Shown: piece by piece, positions 29,173 through 39,241 of the stretch
Layout: every line of letters begins with the position of its first letter
How positions within the stretch are numbered: the first letter of the stretch is position 1
Assembly (NCBI GenBank): GCA_963663385.2
Contig: CAXXXD010000002.1
Span: forward strand, 832,001-896,000
Source of the DNA: Oceanispirochaeta sp.
GTDB lineage: Bacteria > Spirochaetota > Spirochaetia > DSM-2461
Length of the DNA stretch: 64,000 nt
Reading direction: 5' to 3'
Program-made: the position numbers and the translations under genes
The notes under the pieces: model-generated
Database searches by the model: none
What the model was told of the DNA's origin: nothing
The model's input: the letters and a program-made list of their open reading frames with translations, nothing else

Positions 29173-30585
29173 CTATTTCCGGGGAGGCATCAGGTCTGTA
29201 ATGGTACCCTCTGCCATTTCCGCAGCCAGAGCAAATGTCTCGGCCAGGGTGGGGTGGGCGTGGATGGTCAGAGCGACATCTTCCAGATCACTGCCCATCT
29301 CGACAGCCAGATTGGCTTCTGCAATCAGTTCCCCTGCGTTGTTCCCTGTTATACCGGCGCCCAGAATCCGTTTCGTTTCCGGATCATAGAGTACTTTGGT
29401 GGTCCCTTCGTTCCGTCCGTTGCTTAAAGACCGGCCGCTGGCAGCCCAGGGAAATACGCCTTTTTCGAAGGAGATATTCCTTTCGGCCGCTTCTTTTTCT
29501 GTCAGTCCCGTCCAGGCTATTTCCGGATCCGTATAGGCGACGCTGGGGATACTGACCGGAGAAAAATCGGAAGCTTCCCCTCCGATAACTTCGGCGGCAA
29601 CCTTTCCTTCAGCGACGGCTTTATGGGCAAGCATGGGCTGTCCAGTTGCGTCTCCGATGGCATATATATGAGAAAGAGCGGTCTGCCGTTTCTCATTGAC
29701 GGGAATAAATCCCTTTTCATCCGGTTCCAGTCCCAGCGCATCCAGACCGATATCATCCGTATTGGGCCTGCGGCCTATGCTTATCAGGATACGGTCGTAG
29801 GTCTCGCTTTCAGGCGCTTTTTTCCCTTCCATGCTGACAATAAGGCCTTCCGGAGAAGGTTCCACTTTCGTTACCCTGGTACCTGTATAAACAGCTCTGG
29901 TAACTTTTTTCAGCATCCTTGCCAGGGGCTTTACCAGATCGGCATCCGCCTGGGGGATAATCTGGTCCATCAGTTCCACAACAGTTACTTCCGAACCGAA
30001 GGAGCCGTAAACCGTAGCCATTTCCAGTCCGATTATGCCTCCGCCGACAATCAGCAGTTTTCCGGGGATCTCTTCCATTTTCAGGGCATCAGCCGAATCC
30101 ATAACCCGGGGATCGTCATAGGGGAAGCCGGGCAGTTCCACAACCCTGGATCCCGAGGCGATAATGGCATTTTTAAAAGTAACGGCAGTTTCTTCTTCCC
30201 CGGATGTCTCCAGAGTATTCGGTCCTGTAAACCGGCCCGTCCCTTTTATGATCCGTACTTTTCTCTGCCTGGCCAATCCGGCCAGCCCTTTGGTCAGGGA
30301 CCCGACCACTCTGTCTTTATGCCCCCTGATCCCTTCAAGGTCAAACTGCGGCTCCCCGAAGCTGATCCCCGATTTCCCGGCTTCTTCCGCTTCCCTGACG
30401 ATGGAAGCCAGGTGGAGCAGTGACTTGGAGGGGATGCATCCTTCATTAAGGCAAACCCCTCCCAGGGTATCCCGTTTTTCTACAAGCGCCACGCTCTGTC
30501 CCAGGTCCGCCGCACGGAAAGCCGCCGTATATCCTCCGGGACCGCCTCCCAGGACCAGAGTGTCTATATTAATGTTTTCAGTCAT
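29173..30585 (-). CDS. lpdA: Dihydrolipoamide dehydrogenase (E3)
   Basis: GGGPGG, GGVCLNEGCIPSK, GGGIIG, HAHPTLAE. Confidence 0.95.
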   Translation of the reverse strand: MTENINIDTLVLGGGPGGYTAAFRAADLGQSVALVEKRDTLGGVCLNEGCIPSKSLLHLASIVREAEEAGKSGISFGEPQFDLEGIRGHKDRVVGSLTKGLAGLARQRKVRIIKGTGRFTGPNTLETSGEEETAVTFKNAIIASGSRVVELPGFPYDDPRVMDSADALKMEEIPGKLLIVGGGIIGLEMATVYGSFGSEVTVVELMDQIIPQADADLVKPLARMLKKVTRAVYTGTRVTKVEPSPEGLIVSMEGKKAPESETYDRILISIGRRPNTDDIGLDALGLEPDEKGFIPVNEKRQTALSHIYAIGDATGQPMLAHKAVAEGKVAAEVIGGEASDFSPVSIPSVAYTDPEIAWTGLTEKEAAERNISFEKGVFPWAASGRSLSNGRNEGTTKVLYDPETKRILGAGITGNNAGELIAEANLAVEMGSDLEDVALTIHAHPTLAETFALAAEMAEGTITDLMPPRK

Positions 30586-30615
30586 ATAATCTCCTTGATT
30601 TTGCGCTTTTCATCA

Positions 30616-31887
30616 TTATAGCAGTATTTTTTTCATATCTTCCAGTAATTCTGCTAAATATCTGGTAAATCTTGCCGCCATGGCACCGTCTATCACCCTA
30701 TGGTCATAAGACAGGCTCAGGGGGAGTATCATCCGGGGGAGAAATTCCCCGTCCTGCCAGACCGGCTGCCTTCTGGATCGGGCCATTCCCAGTATGGCTA
30801 CCTCGGGAGGGTTAATAATAGGAGTAAACCCTGTTCCTCCGATACCGCCCAGATTGGATATGGAGATACCTGCTCCCTCCAGATCCCCGGGAGTCAGATC
30901 TCCATTCCGCCCTTTTCCCGCCAGGTCATTTATATCCCGGACAATTTCAGTCAGGGACTTGGTATCCACATTTTTAATGACAGGAACAAGAAGTCCCTGA
31001 GGGGTATCCACGGCAATGCCTATATTATAGTACTTCCGGAGGATAAGGGAACCCGAACTCCTGTCCAGCACAGCATTAAACCGGGGGAACTCTTCAACAG
31101 CCTTATAGAGTGCTTTCACCATAAAAGCCAGTGAACTGAACTTTACTCCATGGGTTCCCTTTCCATTCAGTTCATCTCGCCATATTTCCAGATTGGTTAT
31201 ATCCGCTTCATCAAAGTGTGTCACATGGGGGATATTCACCCAGCTGGCATGAAGGCGTGATGAGGAGATTTTCTGAATGCGGGTCAACTCTTCAAAAGCC
31301 ACCGGCCCGAAGCGGGAGGGATCTGTTTCGGGCAGAGAGGGCAGGCTTGCAGAACCCGGGGGATTTTCAAGAGCCTTTCTCACAAAGTCCTGAACATCTT
31401 CTCTGCGAACCCTTCCTTTTGGCCCTGTCCCCTGGATAAGGTTAAGATCAGCTCCCAGTTCTCTGGCAAAATGCCGGATAGAGGGGGAGGCGTGGATACC
31501 GGGGGAAGAGGGCGGTTTGTCAGGCGGTTTTATATCCTTTGATGTCTGTTCTCTCTCTGCCTGTTCTGTTTCTGCCGTACTCTCCCCGGGGATCTCTCCT
31601 GTATCCGCTGTTTCTTCCGCTTCCTTTGTCTCTTCTTTCTTCTCTTCCATGCTGACCAGGCAGATCAAATCTCCGCTTTTCAGCATATCCCCCTCTTTCA
31701 CCTTCACTTCCCGGACAGTCCCGTCCAGAGGGGAGGGGATCTCTATAACAGCCTTATCGCTTTCCAGTGACAGAAGGGGCTCTTCTTTTTGTATCTTTTT
31801 TCCTGAACGGATAAACAGTTCTCCCACCGGAACGGCTTCGGAACTTCCCAGGTCCGGAACGTGTATTTCCTGTAAATTATTTGCCAT
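30616..31887 (-). CDS. aceF: Pyruvate dehydrogenase E2 with one lipoyl domain
   Basis: ESDKA lipoyl site, ASPSIR E3-binding region, DHRVIDG. Confidence 0.92.
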   Translation of the reverse strand: MANNLQEIHVPDLGSSEAVPVGELFIRSGKKIQKEEPLLSLESDKAVIEIPSPLDGTVREVKVKEGDMLKSGDLICLVSMEEKKEETKEAEETADTGEIPGESTAETEQAEREQTSKDIKPPDKPPSSPGIHASPSIRHFARELGADLNLIQGTGPKGRVRREDVQDFVRKALENPPGSASLPSLPETDPSRFGPVAFEELTRIQKISSSRLHASWVNIPHVTHFDEADITNLEIWRDELNGKGTHGVKFSSLAFMVKALYKAVEEFPRFNAVLDRSSGSLILRKYYNIGIAVDTPQGLLVPVIKNVDTKSLTEIVRDINDLAGKGRNGDLTPGDLEGAGISISNLGGIGGTGFTPIINPPEVAILGMARSRRQPVWQDGEFLPRMILPLSLSYDHRVIDGAMAARFTRYLAELLEDMKKILL

Positions 31888-31897
31888 GATACTCTCC

Positions 31898-34564
31898 TTA
31901 CGCTCTCAGGGGATCGGGTTTATCCCGGTCTATATTATACTTTTTCAATGCTCTGGCAAGGATTTCCTTTTCCAGTTTCTTTTCATCAACAAGTCCTTTC
32001 AAAGCAGCCGCTGCAATATAATAACGGTCTATTTCAAAAAACTTTCTCAGATTCTCCCTTGAGTCGCTGCGCCCGTATCCATCTGTTCCCAGTACGGCAA
32101 GATGTCCCGGGATATAGCGTCTTAACTGCTCCGGGTAGGCTTTTACATAGTCCGTGCTGATTACAACCGGACCGGAATGCCCTTCCATCTGTCGGGTGAT
32201 ATACGGGATTTTCTCTGTTTCCCCGGGGTGTGTCCGGTTCCAGCGCTCACACTCATCTCCTTCCCGGCTCAGCTGGTTCACTCCCGGCAGTGACCAGATA
32301 TCCGCTTCAACATCCCAATCCCTTTTCAGGAGTTCCGCGGCTGCTATCACCTCCTGCAGAATGCTCCCGCTGCCCATAAGCTGAACTGTTTTTCCCGCTT
32401 CATCAGCTGCCCTGTAAAGGTAAATCCCCTTTCGGATCCCCTCTTCCACCCCTTCGGGCAGTTCCGGCTGACTGTAGTTTTCATTGGTTACAGTTATATA
32501 GTAGAAGATACTCTCTCCCTCTTCGTACATCCTCTTTATGCCGTCCTGTACGATTACCGCCAGCTCATAACCGAAAGCCGGATCATAGGTCAGGCAGGAG
32601 GGAATGGTGGAAGCGGTCAGGTGACTGTGTCCGTCCTGATGCTGCAGGCCTTCGCCGTTCAGGGTTGTCCGTCCGGATGTTGCTCCAATCAGAAATCCTT
32701 TTGCCCGGATGTCTCCTGCGGCCCAGGCCAGATCTCCTATCCGCTGGAAACCGAACATGGAGTAGAATATGTAAAAGGGGATCATATTTACACTGTAGTG
32801 GGAGTAAGCCGTTCCGGCTGCCAGCCAGGAGGAGAAGGCTCCCGCTTCATTAATCCCCTCCTCCAGGATCTGTCCGTTTTTTTCCTCTTTGTACCACATA
32901 ATGGACTCGGAATCCTGCGGTTCGTAGAGCTGGCCGAAGGGGGCGTATATACCCAGCTGTCTGAACATCCCTTCCATACCGAAGGTCCGGGCTTCGTCGG
33001 GTACGATCGGCACCACATTCCGTCCTATCTGCCTGTCCTTTGCCAGTGTGCTCAGGAGTTTGACAAACCCCATGGTGGTGGAGACTTTATTTTCCCCCGA
33101 TCCTTTCAGAAGGGAGGAAAAGCTCTCCAGGGGAGGGGCCTTGATGGGGTTGCACTCCCTGTTCCGCCAGGGGAGGGGGCCCCCCAGCTTTTCCCGGCTT
33201 TCCTTCAGAAAATTCATGACCTTTCCTCCGGGTTCCGGTTTCAGGAAGGGGAGCGCATCCAGTTCGCTGTCTTTGAGGGGGATGTTAAAACGGTCCCTGA
33301 AGACTTTAAGAGACTCCATATCCATTTTTTTCTGGGAGTGGGTGATATTGGCTGATTCCCCGGCCGCTCCCATTCCGAATCCCTTTACCGTATGGGCCAG
33401 TATGACAGTCGGCTGATCTTTGTGTTTAAGGGCTGCCGCATAGGCGGGATAGATCTTTCGCGGGTCATGACCGCCCCGGCTCAGTTTGAATATCTCATGA
33501 TCGCTCAGGTGTTCCACCAGTTTCAGCAGCTCCGGATATTTCCCGAAGAAATGCTCCCTGGTATAGGCGCCGCCTCTGGCTTTATAGGCCTGGAACTCCC
33601 CGTCCACACACTCGTTCATCCTCTTGATAAGCAGGCCCGATTTGTCTTTCTCCAGCAGGGGATCCCATTCGCTCCCCCATATAACCTTGATCACATTCCA
33701 TCCGGCTCCCCGGAAATTCCCCTCCAGCTCCTGGATGATTTTCCCGTTCCCCCGGACGGGTCCATCCAGTCTCTGCAGGTTGCAGTTGATGACAAAAATC
33801 AGGTTGTCCAGTTTTTCCCGGGCCGCCAGACTTATGGCTCCCTGGGTTTCCGGTTCATCCGTTTCACCGTCCCCCAGAAAAGCCCAGACCTTTCTGTCTC
33901 CCGCCGGGGCCAGTCCCCGGGCATCCATATACTTCATAAACCGTGCCTGATATATGGCCTGTATCGGTCCAAGCCCCATGGATACGGTTGGAAACTGCCA
34001 GAACTCCGGCATCAGCCAGGGATGAGGGTAGGAGGAAAGCCCTTCGCCTCCCGTCTCCTCCCTGAAGTGTTCAAGGTTTTCCTCGCTCAGCCGCCCCTCC
34101 AGAAAGGCCCGGGCATACATACCGGGGGAGGAGTGACCCTGAAAAAAAATCAGGTCGCTGCCGTGTTCCGAACGGGGGCCTTTGAAAAAATAATCAAATC
34201 CTACTTCGTACAGGGCCGCGCTTGAGGCAAAGCTGGCTATGTGCCCCCCCAGTCCTGTTCCTTTCCGGTTGGCTCTGACCACCATGGCCATGGCATTCCA
34301 GCGGATAAAGGCTGCCAGATCCCTGGCGGCCAGGGTATCCCCCGGCATCTTTTCCGATTCTTCCGGAGTCAAGGTATTAATATAGGGTGTCGTCGCACGA
34401 TAGGGTGTTTTAACACCTTTATGCCGTGCCTGATCTATCAGCTTCTGAATCAGGTACCGGGCTTTCTCCAGTCCTTCCGCTTCGATCACTCCTTCCAGAG
34501 CATCGAGCCATTCCCGTGTTTCCCCGGGATCCGGGTCATTGAATGTATTATCATAGTCGGACAT
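31898..34564 (-). CDS. aceE: Pyruvate dehydrogenase E1, homodimeric type
   Basis: DPGETREW, GGHIA, SSYPHPW, GDGETDE, TTLNGEGLQHQDG. Confidence 0.96.
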   Translation of the reverse strand: MSDYDNTFNDPDPGETREWLDALEGVIEAEGLEKARYLIQKLIDQARHKGVKTPYRATTPYINTLTPEESEKMPGDTLAARDLAAFIRWNAMAMVVRANRKGTGLGGHIASFASSAALYEVGFDYFFKGPRSEHGSDLIFFQGHSSPGMYARAFLEGRLSEENLEHFREETGGEGLSSYPHPWLMPEFWQFPTVSMGLGPIQAIYQARFMKYMDARGLAPAGDRKVWAFLGDGETDEPETQGAISLAAREKLDNLIFVINCNLQRLDGPVRGNGKIIQELEGNFRGAGWNVIKVIWGSEWDPLLEKDKSGLLIKRMNECVDGEFQAYKARGGAYTREHFFGKYPELLKLVEHLSDHEIFKLSRGGHDPRKIYPAYAAALKHKDQPTVILAHTVKGFGMGAAGESANITHSQKKMDMESLKVFRDRFNIPLKDSELDALPFLKPEPGGKVMNFLKESREKLGGPLPWRNRECNPIKAPPLESFSSLLKGSGENKVSTTMGFVKLLSTLAKDRQIGRNVVPIVPDEARTFGMEGMFRQLGIYAPFGQLYEPQDSESIMWYKEEKNGQILEEGINEAGAFSSWLAAGTAYSHYSVNMIPFYIFYSMFGFQRIGDLAWAAGDIRAKGFLIGATSGRTTLNGEGLQHQDGHSHLTASTIPSCLTYDPAFGYELAVIVQDGIKRMYEEGESIFYYITVTNENYSQPELPEGVEEGIRKGIYLYRAADEAGKTVQLMGSGSILQEVIAAAELLKRDWDVEADIWSLPGVNQLSREGDECERWNRTHPGETEKIPYITRQMEGHSGPVVISTDYVKAYPEQLRRYIPGHLAVLGTDGYGRSDSRENLRKFFEIDRYYIAAAALKGLVDEKKLEKEILARALKKYNIDRDKPDPLRA

Positions 34565-34661
34565 ATTTCCCTCTCATTTGGAATTATGATTAATACAGTA
34601 ATTACTACTGCCATTGTAGTATTAAAGATGTAATAAAACTCACTGTAAATCAAATTTAAAA

Positions 34662-34681
34662 GGGAATTTTATAAAATTCCC
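34662..34681. repeat. Perfect 20-bp palindrome
   Basis: GGGAATTTTATAAAATTCCC. Confidence 0.8.
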
Positions 34682-34769
34682 GGGGGCTCTCTATCAGAAG
34701 TATCCTTTGAGGGGAATCCGTTCAGAAAATGGTCCTGCCGTAAAAATAGTATGATCTGCCTGTTAATCT

Positions 34770-34803
34770 TCCTTTATTTGCCCGATTAAGGGCAAATAAA
34801 GGA
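34770..34803. repeat. Perfect 14-bp inverted repeat with 6-nt loop
   Basis: TCCTTTATTTGCCC-GATTAA-GGGCAAATAAAGGA. Confidence 0.8.
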
Positions 34804-34871
34804 TCTTTTGGCGATTTTTTGGCTTTTTCCAATGGAAATTTAAAAAGAACAGCAGTATATATAAGATCTGT

Positions 34872-35144
34872 ATGGCAAATATATTTCTGGATGATCAGTT
34901 TAAATCATACCTTTTATCAACCTACCCCATAGACGAAAACCTTCTGGATAATCTGCTGGATGATCTGGGGGCGTATTTTTCCCGTGATGTAAAGGAGTTT
35001 ATTTCCGTTCGTCACCAGGAACTGCACCGGGAAGGTCTGAAAAATGACATGATATATGAACAGATCCGGAAGGAATTGAAAACAAGGCGTTTCCCCGGCC
35101 CTGAAATGAGTATCAGACAGATTCGCCGGGCAATATACGGTTAA
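34872..35144 (+). CDS. Small hypothetical protein co-oriented with glmS
   Basis: 90-aa ORF ending RQIRRAIYG, 12 nt before the glmS start. Confidence 0.75.
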   Translation: MANIFLDDQFKSYLLSTYPIDENLLDNLLDDLGAYFSRDVKEFISVRHQELHREGLKNDMIYEQIRKELKTRRFPGPEMSIRQIRRAIYG

Positions 35145-35156
35145 CAGGAGTTTTAT

Positions 35157-36986
35157 ATGTGCGGAATTGTTGGATATCTTGGAAGTCGCGATGCTGTTCC
35201 CGTCCTGATGAAGGGACTGAAGCAGCTGGAATATAGAGGATATGACTCCTCCGGTGTGGGTGTTTTGCATAGAAAGAAAATCCGGGTTCTCAAGGAACAG
35301 GGGAAACTGGAAATGCTGGAAAGAAAGCTGACGGATAATCTGAGCTCCAATATTGGAATCGCCCATACCCGCTGGGCAACCCATGGGGGTGTTACAACTG
35401 CGAATGCCCACCCCCACAGCGGTCCCGAAGGCAAGGTGGCGGTTGTTCACAACGGCATTATCGATAACTTTGCTGTTCTGAAGAAGGAACTGCAGGCAAA
35501 GGGGAACATATTTGCCAGCGAGACCGATTCGGAAGTGGTGGCTCACCTGGTGGAACAGTATATCGATCTGGGACCTGAACAGGCTGTTTCCAAAGCCCTT
35601 TCCCGCCTGGATGGTACATACGGGATGCTCTTTCTCTTTCGGGATCACCCCGATATGATTATCGGAGCCCGTAACGGAAGCCCCCTTGTGATCGGGATAG
35701 GAAAGGATGAGATGTTTCTGGCTTCGGATGCACTTGCTTTTGCCGGATTCACCCAGCATGCCGTTTTTGTTGACGACGGTGAAATGGTCATTATCAACAA
35801 TAAGGATTACCGGGTTGTAAACAGGCAGAACGTACAGATTAATAAAAATGTGGAAGAGCTGGATCTGGCCTCCAGTACCAAGGATATGCAGGGATACCCC
35901 CATTTCCTTTTAAAAGAGATTTTCGAACAGCCCGAATCCGTATTCCGTGCCATGGGCCGGGGCGGCCGCCTGCTGCCCGATTTCGGAACCACCCTGCTGG
36001 GGGGACTGAATATGGAGAAACGGGACTTCTACGACATTAAGAAGATCCATATCCTGGCCATGGGAACCGCCATGTACGCGGGAGAGCTGGGGAAATACAT
36101 TATGGAGGATCTGTGCCGGATCCCTGTGGAAGTTTCCGATGCCTCCGAACTCTGCGGGGTTAACCCCATTGTGGATAAGGATACCCTCTTTATCGCCATA
36201 AGCCAGTCCGGTGAAACCCGCGATACCATCGCTGCGGTTCAGGAGATAAAACAGAAGGGCGGGCATGTCCTCGGTGTTCTGAATGCTGTCGGGTCCACCC
36301 TGGCCCGGCTGACCGACGGAGGAGCCTACATCCATGCCGGCGCAGAGTACTCCGTTGCCAGTACAAAGGCCTTTACCAGCCAGGTAACCGTCCTGGCTTT
36401 GATGGCTCTGATGATCGGCCGCACAAGGGATATTTCCCTTACCCGGGGGAAGGAACTGGTAGAGGAGCTGATGGCTCTTCCCGATAAGATCCGGACGGTT
36501 CTGGATAAAGCGGAAGAGATCAAGGCCATGGCCGAGAGTATAAAAGATCACCACAGCGTGATGTACATGGGCCGGGGGATTAATTACCCCGTAGCCATGG
36601 AAGCTGCCCTGAAGCTGAAAGAGGTCAGCTATATTCATGCGGAAGCCTATAGCGCCGGTTCACTGAAGCACGGTCCTCTTGCTCTGATTTCCGAAGAGAT
36701 TCCTTCTGTTTTTATCTGTACAGCCGGGGATTATCAGGAAAAGACCATCAGCAATATTCAGGAAGTGCGGGCCCGGAACGGCCGCGTCCTGGTTATCTCC
36801 AATTACGAAGACGACAGCCTGCGGAAAGTGGCGGACGAACTGTTTGTGGTTCCCGGATCCGATCCGCTGCTGTCTCCCCTGCTGACGATTATTCCCTGTC
36901 AGCTTCTGGGGTACTATACGGCTCTGGCTCTGGGGAGGGATATTGATCAGCCCAGGAATCTGGCTAAGTCGGTTACTACGGATTAG
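35157..36986 (+). CDS. glmS: Glutamine--fructose-6-phosphate transaminase
   Basis: MCGIVG, GIAHTRWATHG, SQSGET, KHGP, PRNLAKSVT. Confidence 0.97.
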   Translation: MCGIVGYLGSRDAVPVLMKGLKQLEYRGYDSSGVGVLHRKKIRVLKEQGKLEMLERKLTDNLSSNIGIAHTRWATHGGVTTANAHPHSGPEGKVAVVHNGIIDNFAVLKKELQAKGNIFASETDSEVVAHLVEQYIDLGPEQAVSKALSRLDGTYGMLFLFRDHPDMIIGARNGSPLVIGIGKDEMFLASDALAFAGFTQHAVFVDDGEMVIINNKDYRVVNRQNVQINKNVEELDLASSTKDMQGYPHFLLKEIFEQPESVFRAMGRGGRLLPDFGTTLLGGLNMEKRDFYDIKKIHILAMGTAMYAGELGKYIMEDLCRIPVEVSDASELCGVNPIVDKDTLFIAISQSGETRDTIAAVQEIKQKGGHVLGVLNAVGSTLARLTDGGAYIHAGAEYSVASTKAFTSQVTVLALMALMIGRTRDISLTRGKELVEELMALPDKIRTVLDKAEEIKAMAESIKDHHSVMYMGRGINYPVAMEAALKLKEVSYIHAEAYSAGSLKHGPLALISEEIPSVFICTAGDYQEKTISNIQEVRARNGRVLVISNYEDDSLRKVADELFVVPGSDPLLSPLLTIIPCQLLGYYTALALGRDIDQPRNLAKSVTTD

Positions 36987-37208
36987 GTTTCCTATGATTT
37001 GAACTCTGTGCAGCCTGCCAATTCAATGATACTCCCCGGTCACAAGTCTATGACTTGCTGACTGGTAGGGTAACAGGCATATTTGTAAATAATACTGCAT
37101 TTTCAGAAGTTGTTTCCGCCTTTACTTCATATTAATCAGACGGATTACAAGCGTGTCCTGAATATTTGTCTGCTGTTCCCCATAAGTAAAATGGCTTAAA
37201 GTACCCGG

Positions 37209-37922
37209 TTATTTTTCCTGAAACAGGGGATCCTGATTTCTGATATGTTTCCGGAAGCTTTCCTGAGTTTTAAGGACATCTCCCATAAGAATGGAATTGA
37301 TCAGCTTATTATGGTCTGCGATGATTATATGTTTATCCTCTATGTCCGTATGGGCCAGTTTTATCTCTTCATAACTGAAAGATCGCATTGTTTCATAAAG
37401 AGTGGAGAATAAATCGTTCTTACATACATCTATAAGGCATTTGTGAAACTGGTAATCAGCTTCTATTCTCCTTTCCATATCCATGGAATCAATTGCTTCT
37501 TCCATATTCACAACTTCAATCCTCAGTTTCTCAACAGTGCTGTTCAACAGTTCCTTATTATTCTTGTAATGCTCCAGCAGATACCAGATTCCCTGTTCTT
37601 CAAATACAAGGCGGAGTTCAAGTAGATCTTTCATATTCTTTTTGCCAAGGAGCATCGACCATAGAAGAGCTTCGGAAGAGACATTGGAGCTCTCGCAGAT
37701 GAATGTTCCTTTGGGATTTCGTAGCTCTACGACGCCAAGGTACTGAAAAATTTTCAGGGCTTCCCTGATAGTGGAACGACCTACTCCGAACATCTCTGCC
37801 AGTTCATATTCATTGGGGACCTTATCATTCGGCTTCAGACTACCCTTGGCTATCATTTTCTTTAGCTGTTCCATTACCTGAAATACAACAGTTTTCTGTT
37901 TGACAGGTTTTATATTCTGCAT
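37209..37922 (-). CDS. GntR/FadR-family regulator (probable iol repressor)
   Basis: PNEYELAEMFGVGRSTIREA wHTH plus FCD-like domain; divergent from the iol cluster. Confidence 0.9.
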   Translation of the reverse strand: MQNIKPVKQKTVVFQVMEQLKKMIAKGSLKPNDKVPNEYELAEMFGVGRSTIREALKIFQYLGVVELRNPKGTFICESSNVSSEALLWSMLLGKKNMKDLLELRLVFEEQGIWYLLEHYKNNKELLNSTVEKLRIEVVNMEEAIDSMDMERRIEADYQFHKCLIDVCKNDLFSTLYETMRSFSYEEIKLAHTDIEDKHIIIADHNKLINSILMGDVLKTQESFRKHIRNQDPLFQEK

Positions 37923-38029
37923 GATTTTTCCTCAATAAATTACTGATCCCTATCATATAGGAAAGAGACGTCTGCTGACAATGTCTATTTATCCTAATCA
38001 ACTTTCTTCATATTTTTTTTAAATTAAAC

Positions 38030-38089
38030 TTGACAATCCCTTAAAAGGTGTTACCATCTAACCATATAATCATCACATGGTCTGATGAT
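38030..38089 (+). promoter_or_regulatory. iol promoter and candidate operator
   Basis: TTGACA-16-(TGn)TACCAT; inverted repeat ATCATCA-N7-TGATGAT at 38069-38089. Confidence 0.6.
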
Positions 38090-38125
38090 AGTATGTATGA
38101 AGTAAGAAGTAAAGAGGTAGATGAG

Positions 38126-39238
38126 ATGGAAGTAAAAGACAAAAAATGGCTCAGAACCGATTATCCCCATATCATTTTTGAGGATAACAATGTGGGTAAA
38201 CTGAAAAAGAGAATCTTCGATGCTCCCATGGAAGAGATCGAAGCCATTCTGGAAGATTACGGTGTAGGCGCTGAATCCGAACTGGGAAAAGCAGGCTGCT
38301 ATATTCAGAACACCCCCCGTAAAGATGCGATTGCCAAAAGAAAGAAAAATGATGTGGTTCTGGTCCCTATCGGATGTACTGAAAACCATGGTGATCATGC
38401 CAATACCGGTCTGGATACTTTTATGGTTACCCAGATCTGCGAAGCCGTAAGAAGAAAGACCGCCAAACAGGGTAGGGAAGTCAACCTGGCTTTTTCTCCT
38501 ATCAACTATGGAGGACATCCCTACCATCATATGGGTATGCCCGGAACAATCATCATTCCTCCCGAAACCGTACGGGAAATGCTGATCTATACCATGCTTG
38601 GTCTGTGGAACGACGGATACAGAAAAATCATTCTTTTTAATAACCATGGACACCTTTGGACTCTGGTTGATGCGGTTCAGGAGTTTATGAAGAGATTTCA
38701 GCTTCCTGCTATTGTTCAGGTTGTAGATTGGCACAGAGCTGTAAGAGAGTTTTTTATGCCCATCGACAGGGAAGACTCCCTCCAAACCAACTTTATCCAT
38801 GCGGATGAATCTGAAACAGCTGTAGGACTCCTGATGTTCAAGGATATGATCAATATGGATTATGTACGGGATGCACAGGGAGAAACCTTTCTGCCCGAGG
38901 GTCACTTTGACTTGTCTGTCGATCCCTACCGCCGTCCTCACAGATGGTCCGAAGGTGAAGGTCACTATGCCATTGAGAGATTTGCCACTCCCGAAGGTGT
39001 TGTCGGTTCCCCCAGTCTTGCCACAGCAGAAAAAGCCAAACGCCCCATCGCCGCTATCTGTGAATATACAACCATGATGGTAAACGATATTCTGGATGCC
39101 TTCCCCGCCGGAACCCTTCCTGAGAAAGTTTCCCTGAGGTCGGATGAAGAACTGGCTCCTTTCCTGAAAGAACCCTGGACAGAAGGTTGGAAGTCTGCCT
39201 ATGAACTTCCCCATATCGGACCATTTCACAAAGGTTAA
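38126..39238 (+). CDS. iolN: 3-dehydro-scyllo-inosose hydrolase (creatininase family)
   Basis: PIGCTENHG, NNHGH, HADESET motifs; IIFEDNxVG..KK N-terminus; operon context. Start after SD GAGG. Confidence 0.8.
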   Translation: MEVKDKKWLRTDYPHIIFEDNNVGKLKKRIFDAPMEEIEAILEDYGVGAESELGKAGCYIQNTPRKDAIAKRKKNDVVLVPIGCTENHGDHANTGLDTFMVTQICEAVRRKTAKQGREVNLAFSPINYGGHPYHHMGMPGTIIIPPETVREMLIYTMLGLWNDGYRKIILFNNHGHLWTLVDAVQEFMKRFQLPAIVQVVDWHRAVREFFMPIDREDSLQTNFIHADESETAVGLLMFKDMINMDYVRDAQGETFLPEGHFDLSVDPYRRPHRWSEGEGHYAIERFATPEGVVGSPSLATAEKAKRPIAAICEYTTMMVNDILDAFPAGTLPEKVSLRSDEELAPFLKEPWTEGWKSAYELPHIGPFHKG

Positions 39239-39241
39239 ACC

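Noticed and set aside
34690..35156. glmS ribozyme
   Set aside because: No ribozyme core recognised; a protein-coding ORF occupies the region upstream of glmS
38051..39229. 392-aa antisense ORF over iolN
   Set aside because: Shadow frame of a well-supported gene; no motifs or SD
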